Shown: positions 54,247-62,992 of the stretch, one piece after another
Numbering within the stretch: the first letter of the stretch is position 1
How the letters are laid out: the number at the start of each line of letters is the position of its first letter
Position numbers and translations under genes: made by a program
The notes under the pieces: generated by a model
Database searches by the model: none
What the model saw: only the letters and a program-made list of their open reading frames with translations
What the model was told of the DNA's origin: nothing
Assembly: GCA_015062815.1 (NCBI GenBank)
Contig: SUTP01000001.1
Location: 34,062-98,061 of the forward strand
Direction of reading: 5' to 3'
Length of the DNA stretch: 64,000 nucleotides
Origin: Methanosphaera stadtmanae
GTDB taxonomy: Archaea; Methanobacteriota; Methanobacteria; Methanobacteriales; Methanobacteriaceae

Positions 54247-55106
54247 TATATGTCACCTTTATATGGTTGGTTATTGTTTTGGCAAATAATTTTTTTTATA
54301 TTTACAGTTTCACCTTCTAATGATTCAATTTCGCTGAATAATTTAAATCCCCATTTTATTGCACTTTTATCGGTGGTATAAAACACAGTATTTTTATCAT
54401 ATTCACCTTCATTTCTAAAAAAACTTATTACACATTCTTTTTCTGTAATACATAAAGTTAGATTAGGTTGATTCTTCAATATTTTCATATTAAAACTTTT
54501 ACATTTTATTCTATCATCTGTTCTATATGCATTTACATGTTTAAGTATATATTCTGCTACTGATGAAGGAATAATTATTTTTACTTCACTATCTTTCTCA
54601 AAGTAATTTTTTAATAAGCTTGTGCAGTTTGGGTGTAAAAAACCACATATTGTGTATACTTTACCATATGATTTCATAACTTTTTCTATCTGGTCTGTTG
54701 CTTTATATGGATTAATGTTATCAGCACTTATAACTTCACAATTTACAATAGGGGGTAATGTTTTCAAAGCCTCTAATTTTTCATTTTTAACCATATGGTT
54801 ATTCAAAAATTTTGAATATTTATTTAAAAATTTTAAATTATCATTTAAACAAAGAACATTCATTAATTTTATTTTAGTTCTACTTTTAACGTAATATTTA
54901 TCTTTTTCTTTTCTTAAAAAATTTTTTTCTTCGAGTTTATTCAGGTTTGAGGTAATTGAAGTATAGTTTATATTAGTATTTTCGTGTATATCTTTTATTG
55001 TTGATGGGGAGTGAAGTAAGTAAGTTAATATTTTTAATCTCACAGTTGAGCCTATTAAAAATTTTATTTCGTCATGTATTTCATTATATTCATTTATTAT
55101 GTTCAT
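54246..55106 (-). CDS. winged-helix regulator with DUF1724/FilR1-like domain (COG4742)
   Basis: S.VRLKIL..L, L.KLE, FL..H, F...GEYD, AI.WG..LF; TAATG-coupled to the downstream paralog. Confidence 0.82.
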   Translation of the reverse strand: MNIINEYNEIHDEIKFLIGSTVRLKILTYLLHSPSTIKDIHENTNINYTSITSNLNKLEEKNFLRKEKDKYYVKSRTKIKLMNVLCLNDNLKFLNKYSKFLNNHMVKNEKLEALKTLPPIVNCEVISADNINPYKATDQIEKVMKSYGKVYTICGFLHPNCTSLLKNYFEKDSEVKIIIPSSVAEYILKHVNAYRTDDRIKCKSFNMKILKNQPNLTLCITEKECVISFFRNEGEYDKNTVFYTTDKSAIKWGFKLFSEIESLEGETVNIKKIICQNNNQPYKGDI

Positions 55107-55441
55107 AAAAACACGACCTGTGTGTTGTATAAATATTTTTTCGTTTTTTATTAAATTATACGAAAAATTATCGTGTTTATCTAATTTTATGGTTTTTATC
55201 TAAATTTAGAAATAATATTTTTTGTATAAATTTCTCTAATTAATTATTACTGATTTTATTATTCTTATTTTTATTATTTTTACAATATCTTACTATCTTA
55301 ATTATTTAACATTTATATCTATTTATTAATATCGTATATTTTCCATTTTATTTCTCTATGAAAATTTAATTTCTCTATAAAAATTTAAATTATAACTAAT
55401 ATAATATAATTTATATTAAATTTTTATTTGGAGGAAATCTT

Positions 55442-56005
55442 ATGGAATCAACGTTAAATGACTTGAAGTCTAGAAGAAGCATAAGAAAATTTAAAGAAGA
55501 GCAGATATCTGATGAGGTGTTAAATAAGATTCTTGAAGCAGGTACTTATGCACCTACAGGTATGGGAGAACAGGCTCCTATTATTTTAGTTATACAAAGA
55601 AAAGATATTATTGAAAGGTTAAGTCAATGGAATAAAAGTTTTTTCCCGGATGAACTTTTAAAAGCTAAAGATGCGGATGATGTTGATCCATTTTATGGTG
55701 CTCCAACTGTTCTTATTGTATTGGCTGATTCAACTATTCCAACAGCTGTTTATGATGGCAGTTTAGTTATGGGTAATTTATTAAATGCTGCACATGCTTT
55801 AGGTGTGGGGGCTTGTTGGATACATCGGGCTAAAGAGGAATTTGATTCACAACAGGGAAAAGAATTATTAAAAGTTTGGGATATTCCTGAGAAATATATT
55901 GGTATTGGTCATTGTATCTTAGGTTATCCTGTTGATGATGTGGAATTTAATATTTCACCTAGAAAAGAAGATTATGTAATTTATATTGATAAAAAATTAG
56001 ATTGA
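55442..56005 (+). CDS. nitroreductase family protein
   Basis: RRSIRKF, APTG.G.Q, FYGAP, AHALG.G.CWI, LGY. Confidence 0.92.
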   Translation: MESTLNDLKSRRSIRKFKEEQISDEVLNKILEAGTYAPTGMGEQAPIILVIQRKDIIERLSQWNKSFFPDELLKAKDADDVDPFYGAPTVLIVLADSTIPTAVYDGSLVMGNLLNAAHALGVGACWIHRAKEEFDSQQGKELLKVWDIPEKYIGIGHCILGYPVDDVEFNISPRKEDYVIYIDKKLD

Positions 56006-56007
56006 TA

Positions 56008-56310
56008 TTATTTTTTAAGTGATGATTTTAATTTCCACATAGTTGAGGATTCAATATCTTCTTTAAATTTTTTTAGAGTATTTATTTCTTTTTTTAATTG
56101 TTTATTTTCTGTTTGTAATTTTTCATTTTCTTTTTTGGCTTGTCTTAATTCATAGTCTAAATCTTCATTTTCAAATGTTATTTTACCTATTTCCATTGTT
56201 AATTTTTTATATTCATTAGTTTTATTATCTAATTGTTCTTGTAATAGTTTATTTTTTAATAGTAATTCTTTATACTCGTTATCTGATTTTATTTTATTTT
56301 CTTCATTCAT
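56008..56310 (-). CDS. small coiled-coil protein
   Basis: Heptad pattern throughout; ends ESSTMWKLKSSLKK. Confidence 0.7.
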   Translation of the reverse strand: MNEENKIKSDNEYKELLLKNKLLQEQLDNKTNEYKKLTMEIGKITFENEDLDYELRQAKKENEKLQTENKQLKKEINTLKKFKEDIESSTMWKLKSSLKK

Positions 56311-56455
56311 ATTTTTTCACTTTTTTCTTGTTTGTTTTATATTTTTAATGTGTTTTTTTATTTATAATACTTCTACTATAAATTTAGGTAAACCTAAACT
56401 TTATATAATTTCTAGTATATACTATTAATTAACTTTAAAAAATGGAGGTAATTAT

Positions 56456-57139
56456 ATTAAAAACAATACTTTAATAGAATTTGATAACGTAACCAAAGAA
56501 TATGATCTTGGTTCGAACACTTTAAAAAAGTTAAATAATATAAATTTTAAAATAAATAAAGGTGAGTTTGTAATTATTTACGGACCTACTGGTTCTGGTA
56601 AACATACTATGTTTAGTTTATTAGCAGGTTTAGAAAAAGCATCCAGTGGAAAAATAAAAATAAATAATAATAACTTACACCTTTATAATGACGATGAATT
56701 ATCGAAATACAGATTTGAAAACATAAGTTTCTTATTTAATTATTATAATTTCATACCCAATTTAACAATACTCGAAAACATTGAATTATTAAAAGATTTG
56801 GTGGATGTAGATTTTGATCCGTTGGATATAATATGTCAATTAGGTTTTGTAGGTGAAGAAAATACATATCCACATAGATTAAAAGAAAATAAATACGAAA
56901 AGTTTATAAGTCCTAATAAAAAGGAAAAAATAATTTTATGTGGTGAACCTATCAATTCCAAATATGACTATGAAACCATTAAATACTTGTCTGATTTATC
57001 AAAAGAAAAAGATACTACAATAATTATGATTACACATAATAAAGAAATTACATGTATGGCCAATAAAATTATTAATTTAAAAAATGGGAGTATAGATGAA
57101 ATATTTATAAATAAAACTCCTAAAATTCCTGCTTCTTAA
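56456..57139 (+). CDS. degenerate LolD/MacB-type ABC ATPase-like protein; probable ATT start
   Basis: Frame extends 51 codons upstream: LIEFDNVTKEY..GEFVIIYGPTGSGKHT. SD ggaggt 6 nt before ATT. LSGG signature absent, Walker B reads ILCGEP, ITH retained. Confidence 0.72.
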   Translation: MKNNTLIEFDNVTKEYDLGSNTLKKLNNINFKINKGEFVIIYGPTGSGKHTMFSLLAGLEKASSGKIKINNNNLHLYNDDELSKYRFENISFLFNYYNFIPNLTILENIELLKDLVDVDFDPLDIICQLGFVGEENTYPHRLKENKYEKFISPNKKEKIILCGEPINSKYDYETIKYLSDLSKEKDTTIIMITHNKEITCMANKIINLKNGSIDEIFINKTPKIPAS

Positions 57140-57648
57140 AAATTTATCTTTCATTAAACATATAACTTTTTTTTTAATCATTTTATTATGATTTTTGGAA
57201 TTCCTAATTTTATATTTTTATTTAAAATATTCGTTTATAGTTATTTACTCTTTGTTGATAGATTTAATTCGGTGTTTAACTATTATCAATAGTTTATTAT
57301 TTTTTTTTATTTAATTTTAATTAATGATTTATGATTTATATTGCATAGGGCTTTTATAAAAATATTTAATATTATAATAAAAATTATATATTATTAAAAT
57401 CTACTTATAAATGTTTAATGATAATTAAACACAACATATATTTTGTTAGATATATAGTAATTTTATTTTACTTTTATAAGTTATAATATTATTACTATTG
57501 ATGGAGTAAACCTATAATTTACTTCAGATTATATCCTATGAAGATGAATATAATAAAGAATCTAACTTTATTATATTTATTTTCTGAAAAACCTTATTTT
57601 TCAATAAACTATATTAATACATAATAACATAATTAGTATTACTAAATT

Positions 57649-59544
57649 ATGAAAACTAAATACCTCAAAAAATTTTTAGATTCATTCCACTTTTTTATTC
57701 TAAAAGAAAAAAATGATAATCAACCTATATCAGGTAATATAATTAATATAAAAAATAATAGGCTACTTATAGATTTAAAAGTTCCTACTAATATTTCAAA
57801 TACTACACCTATTGAAATTAATAAAATAAGTGGTCATGTATTAAAAAATAATTATAAAAAATTATTAATTAAAATAAATCATGATGAATATTTTCAAAAA
57901 AATCAAGAAGTAAATATTATCAACACACAACAAGAAATCATAATAAAAAAATTAGAGAATGTATATAATCAAATCAATGATAATAAAATAAATCAATCAA
58001 ATATGACTACATTAGATTCACTGATTACAATTAAAGATACAACTTATTCAGAAAACAAATATAATAATCCCAAACTAAATAAAAATCAAAATGAAGCTGT
58101 TCAAAAATCAATATCTACAAATAAATTTCATATCATAAAAGGTCCTCCAGGAACAGGTAAAACTCACACTATTGTGGAAATTATTAATGAACTCTACAAA
58201 GAAAATTATAAAATTTTAGTAACAACACACACTCATGTAGCATTAGACAATATAGTTGAAAAATTAACTAAAATACCTTCAGAAGATATTTTACGTTTAG
58301 GAAAAAATGAAAAAATATCATCTAATAATAAACAATATACATTAGAAGAACAAATAAAAAAACATCCAAAATATCAAGAAATAATAAAAAACAACATTAA
58401 AATAAATAGTTTAAAAAACAATAATATAACTAAAAAAGATTATTTTCCTGACCAAAACAGATATTTGAATAATACAAAGTTTAATAACACCATATTTAGA
58501 TTTTTAACAAATATTCTTAATAAATCGGATAAGAATGAAACATTTACTGATGAAAATACAACATTCATTAATGACAAATCCAACATTAAAAATCAAGATT
58601 TAATCATAGAATTAGAAAAAGAAAACCATAAAATCTCAGATGAAATATCTCAAGAACTCATTAATAATTCAAAAATAATTGCAACAACAGTTCTTTCAGT
58701 TTCCAGTTACCTAACAAAAGATTTAGAATGGGATTATATTATAATTGATGAAGCTAGTCAAGTACCATTATATTTAGCTTTAATTCCACTTATCAGAACA
58801 GATAAATTTATTTTAATAGGTGATGATAATCAACTTCAACCAATAAATAACAATAATGCATCATATTTATTAAATAAGTCAATATTTAATTTGTATATTC
58901 AAAAATATCCTACTAGTTATACTTTTTTAAATATTCAGTATCGTATGAACAAACAAATAAGTGATATCTCCAGTTACCTATATTATGATAATAAAATATT
59001 AACCTATTCAAAAGTTCAAAATGCAAAAATATCATTAAATAATGATAATATATTAGTAACAGATGAACCTGTCGAAATTATTGACACTTCCTATTTATAT
59101 TTTTATGAATCAAATGTTAGTAATAGTTGTTGTAATAAATTTGAAGCAGATATAATAATTAATATAATTGATATTCTTTTAAAAAATAACATCAGCTCTG
59201 ATGAAATAGGTATAATAACACCGTACAGAAAACAAAAAAATTACATTCAAAAATTAATGAACAAACATAACTTTGATATTGAAACAGATACTATATATAG
59301 ATTTCAAGGTAGAGAAAAAGATGTTATAATAATTAGTTTTTGTAAAAGTTCTGCAAATGGTTTAACTAATTTTCAAAAAAAATTTTTAGGTGATAAAAAT
59401 CAATTAAATGTTTCAATTACAAGATCACGAAAAAAATTAATTATAATTGGTAATCTATCTTTATTAAAACAATCAAAAAATATTGATAATATAATCAATT
59501 GTATAAATCCTCTAAATATACTATATTTAAATGATTTATTTTAG
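57649..59544 (+). CDS. SF1 Upf1/DNA2/NAM7-like helicase
   Basis: LN..Q..A, GPPGTGKT, IIDEASQ, GD..QL.P, QYRM...I, GIITPY..Q, FQGREKD, LNV..TR. Confidence 0.92.
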   Translation: MKTKYLKKFLDSFHFFILKEKNDNQPISGNIINIKNNRLLIDLKVPTNISNTTPIEINKISGHVLKNNYKKLLIKINHDEYFQKNQEVNIINTQQEIIIKKLENVYNQINDNKINQSNMTTLDSLITIKDTTYSENKYNNPKLNKNQNEAVQKSISTNKFHIIKGPPGTGKTHTIVEIINELYKENYKILVTTHTHVALDNIVEKLTKIPSEDILRLGKNEKISSNNKQYTLEEQIKKHPKYQEIIKNNIKINSLKNNNITKKDYFPDQNRYLNNTKFNNTIFRFLTNILNKSDKNETFTDENTTFINDKSNIKNQDLIIELEKENHKISDEISQELINNSKIIATTVLSVSSYLTKDLEWDYIIIDEASQVPLYLALIPLIRTDKFILIGDDNQLQPINNNNASYLLNKSIFNLYIQKYPTSYTFLNIQYRMNKQISDISSYLYYDNKILTYSKVQNAKISLNNDNILVTDEPVEIIDTSYLYFYESNVSNSCCNKFEADIIINIIDILLKNNISSDEIGIITPYRKQKNYIQKLMNKHNFDIETDTIYRFQGREKDVIIISFCKSSANGLTNFQKKFLGDKNQLNVSITRSRKKLIIIGNLSLLKQSKNIDNIINCINPLNILYLNDLF

Positions 59545-59548
59545 TTTA

Positions 59549-60679
59549 TTAATTATTTTCATCTTTTGGTGGTGCAAGTTCTTTAACTTCTGAAGGTATA
59601 CGATTAAAGATTCTATCAATTAAACTCATATTTTCAAGTTTCCCCATAGCATAGGAATATCTTTCTAAACGTTTCATAGCTTCATTAAGTTCAATTTGTT
59701 GTTTATTAAGAACTTCCTGTGTATGTTCTCTTTTATTTACAAGTTTTTTATATTCCTGTAATTGTTTTTGATATTGATCTTCAGTAATTTCTAAATTTTC
59801 TTCAATTTGATTTTTATCTGTTTGCAACTGTTTTCTTTCAATTTTCAAATCATCGATTTCTGCCAAGTTTTTCTTTTTATCTTTTTGTAAATCAATTAAT
59901 TGTGTTGCTAATAATTCATTTCTCTTATTTTTTTCATCAATTGTATCTTGGAATAATTTTTCTTTTTCTTTTATAGCATCAATATCTTTTTCAAAACTGT
60001 TAATTTGTATTTTATTCTGAACTATTTCATCATTCAATGTTTTATTTATTTTTTTCAATTCATCTATTTCGGTTTTATTATTGTTTATATTATCTTTCAA
60101 TTGTTGTATTTCTAATTGGTAATGTTGGTTTTCATTTTTTAATGTTTGATTCTCATCTTGTATTTTAATATTATTTTCTTGTAATTCTTTTATGGCAGAA
60201 CTGAAATTTTTATTTTTAGATGATACTTCATCTATGTTGTTTTTCAATGTTTTATTATTATTTTTTAATGTTGTAATTGTATTATTTTTATTTTTTAATT
60301 CTTGATTTATTTTTTTATTTTCAAGCATTAAATTTTCATAATCTTTTACTTTTTTATTTAAATCTGATTTTAATACTTTTTTATCATTCTCTATTGCTGA
60401 TATAGATAGTTCTAATTCCTTAAGTTTATTTTGGGACTCTTCATATTGTTCAGTTAATTCATAATTTATTTGTTTTATTTCTTTGATGTTTTCTTTTAAT
60501 TGTTGTATTTCATCAGGGTCATGTTGTATTTCATTTATGAAATTAGATATGGCGGATTCTATAGCTTCTCCTTGTTTTTTATATGTTGTTCCATATACTT
60601 CTTGAATTTTATTTTGAAAATTATTCCATAAATCTTCTTTAATTTGTATACTTTTTCTAACTATCTTTTCTTCAGACAT
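59549..60679 (-). CDS. long coiled-coil protein with N-terminal ribbon-helix-helix-like domain
   Basis: RKSIQIKEDLWNNF...GEAIESAISNFI, about 290 aa of heptads, C-terminal MSLIDRIFNRIP. Confidence 0.72.
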   Translation of the reverse strand: MSEEKIVRKSIQIKEDLWNNFQNKIQEVYGTTYKKQGEAIESAISNFINEIQHDPDEIQQLKENIKEIKQINYELTEQYEESQNKLKELELSISAIENDKKVLKSDLNKKVKDYENLMLENKKINQELKNKNNTITTLKNNNKTLKNNIDEVSSKNKNFSSAIKELQENNIKIQDENQTLKNENQHYQLEIQQLKDNINNNKTEIDELKKINKTLNDEIVQNKIQINSFEKDIDAIKEKEKLFQDTIDEKNKRNELLATQLIDLQKDKKKNLAEIDDLKIERKQLQTDKNQIEENLEITEDQYQKQLQEYKKLVNKREHTQEVLNKQQIELNEAMKRLERYSYAMGKLENMSLIDRIFNRIPSEVKELAPPKDENN

Positions 60680-61183
60680 TTTTTTGTTCCCAATTTTTTA
60701 TAATAATATTTTGTTTTTCTTTATTTTAAATTTTTATAATTATTTTATAACTATAGATAACTACTTGAAAAAATTATTATTCTTTCTTCACTATCTTAAA
60801 TTTAAGCCCTTTCAGATAATAATATGAATATATCCCATAATTTTTTTTGTGATATTTTCTTTAATAAATATATTAATTATTCTACTATTTTGTTTTATTT
60901 TTTTTAATAATATCTTTTAATTATTATAACATCTTATAATTTCATAATGATTATTATATTTGATTAATTTCTTTTATTATTTTTTAATTTTTTTTATTAT
61001 TTTATTTTATTTTTATTTTAAGCACTTTAATAATTTTTTTTTTCATTAAAAAACATTAAAATTCTTTTATTTTATTTGAACTATTTATATGTAGATTATA
61101 TGATGCTTAAAATCATTATTTGTTTAGTTTTAATGTTATATTTTTTTTCAAATAATTTTTGATATAGCCCTTTTGGCAATATC

Positions 61184-61191
61184 TTTATATA
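61184..61191 (+). promoter_or_regulatory. candidate TATA box for the metY-metX transcript
   Basis: TTTATATA flanked by two TTGGCAATA copies (61173, 61220); DNA upstream is featureless T-rich sequence. Confidence 0.45.
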
Positions 61192-61210
61192 TTATGAATA
61201 ATATACTATC

Positions 61211-61510
61211 ATTTAACCATTGGCAATAAAAATTTATTCATAAAATGATGTATAATACTGTGAAGTATTATATAATTATAGGTAAATTTCAACATTGTTA
61301 ATATTTCATGTTATAAATTGTATATTGATTAAATCCTTGTTAATATCAATTCATGAAATATCAACATATGCAAAAATCATACGTAATTAATATTCATTAT
61401 TAATGTTAGATAATTTAATATAATATCTATAATTTGCATTGTTTTATGCTTAAGTTTATAAATAATTCTTTATTAATTGAAAATCTAAATTATCTAGCGT
61501 ATGGTTAAAT
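61211..61510 (+). ncRNA. candidate structured 5' leader RNA of metY-metX
   Basis: Several long helices with G-U pairs on the sense strand (see findings). Confidence 0.4.
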
Positions 61511-61554
61511 TTTTAATTAATAGTCATTATTTTAAATATTATGGAGTGAAAAAA

Positions 61555-62856
61555 ATGGTTCATAAAAATACTTATAAAGTAAAAAATCCAAAAAATTTAG
61601 CAACATTACAGATACACGGTGGACAAGAAATTGATGCAACAGGTGCAAGTGTAGTACCTATTTATCAAACAACATCTTATATATTTGACAGTCCTCAACA
61701 AGCAGCTAACAGATTCATGTTAACTGAAGGAGGTAACATTTATACAAGACTTACAAACCCTACCACCCAAGCTTTAGAAGCAAGATTAGCAGCTATAGAA
61801 GGTGGAACCGCAGCATACGCAACATCTTGTGGTTTAGCAGCTATCTTCTACACAGTTCTTAACATAACAAAACTCGGAGACAACATTGTTTCTGGTAACA
61901 ACTTATACGGTGGAACATTCGAACTTTTCGAAAACACATTAAAAGAATTAGGAAGAGAAGTTATTTGTGTAGACTCAACAGATGTTAATGCATTTGCAGA
62001 AGCAATCAACGATAAAACTAAAGGTATTTATGTAGAATCTATTGGTAACCCTAAATTAGATGTTCCTGATTTCGATGCATTAGCAGAAATCGCACATTCT
62101 AATGGTATTCCTCTTATCGTAGATAACACCAGTGGTATTGGTACAATCAGACCATTTGATCACGGTGCAGATATTATATCCAGTTCCTGTACTAAATGGA
62201 TTGCAGGACACGGTTCTACCATGGGTGGAATTGTTATAGAAAAAGGTGACTTCCCATGGGACAACGGTAAATTCCCATTAATGACTGACCCAGATCCAAC
62301 TTACAACGGTTTAAACTTCTACCCAACATTTGGTTCAGCTGCATTCACCACAAGAATTAGAGCAACACTCGGTAGAGATACTGGAGCTATCCCTGGTCCA
62401 TTCGGTTCCTGGTGTATATTAGAAGGATTAGAAACATTAGATATTAGGATCCAAAGACACGCAGAAAACGCAATGGCAATGGCAGAATTCTTAAAAGACC
62501 ACCCTAAAGTTGAATGGGTAAACTATCCAGGATTAGAAGATTGTGAAACCCACAAAAATGCATCTAAATACTGTGAAAGAGGTTACGGTGGAGTTGTAAC
62601 CTTTGGTGTAAAAGGTGGAGCTAAAGCAGCAGATGAATTCTGTGAAGAAATTGAATTATGTTCATTCCTTGTAAACATTGGAGATGTAAAATCATTAATT
62701 ACTCACCCAGCATCTACAACTCACTCACAATTAACTGAAGAAGAACAAATTGCAAACGGTGTATACCCAGAACTTATCAGATTTGCAGTAGGTACTGAAG
62801 ATATTGAAGATATTAAAGCTGATGTAGATCAAGCTTTAAACAAAATGAACGTATAA
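61555..62856 (+). CDS. metY: O-acetylhomoserine aminocarboxypropyltransferase / sulfhydrylase
   Basis: PIYQTTSY.F, IYTRL.NPT, LYGGT, E.IGNP, DNT, S.TKWI.GHG (PLP Lys), NIGD.KSL..HPASTTH.QL; SD ggagtga before ATG 61555. Confidence 0.94.
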   Translation: MVHKNTYKVKNPKNLATLQIHGGQEIDATGASVVPIYQTTSYIFDSPQQAANRFMLTEGGNIYTRLTNPTTQALEARLAAIEGGTAAYATSCGLAAIFYTVLNITKLGDNIVSGNNLYGGTFELFENTLKELGREVICVDSTDVNAFAEAINDKTKGIYVESIGNPKLDVPDFDALAEIAHSNGIPLIVDNTSGIGTIRPFDHGADIISSSCTKWIAGHGSTMGGIVIEKGDFPWDNGKFPLMTDPDPTYNGLNFYPTFGSAAFTTRIRATLGRDTGAIPGPFGSWCILEGLETLDIRIQRHAENAMAMAEFLKDHPKVEWVNYPGLEDCETHKNASKYCERGYGGVVTFGVKGGAKAADEFCEEIELCSFLVNIGDVKSLITHPASTTHSQLTEEEQIANGVYPELIRFAVGTEDIEDIKADVDQALNKMNV

Positions 62857-62992
62857 TTAATGTAGACTAAATTTAATTTTTATCTCCTCCCTTTTTTTCT
62901 TATATTTTTTAACTATTATAATCATTTTTTTACGATAGTATTAAATTCTATTAAAAATAAATAGTATAACAAGAGATATTTGAGGGTTTAAG

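Noticed and set aside
57502..57554. Two small hairpins upstream of the helicase
   Set aside because: The 7-9 bp AT-rich stems are compatible with chance.
59549..60679. SMC/Rad50 call for the long coiled-coil protein
   Set aside because: No Walker motifs, hinge or zinc hook.
61245..61301. Leader peptide MMYNTVKYYIIIGKFQHC as a Met/Cys attenuator
   Set aside because: No SD and no run of Met/Cys codons beyond the first two; insufficient on its own, but worth rechecking if the leader proves real.
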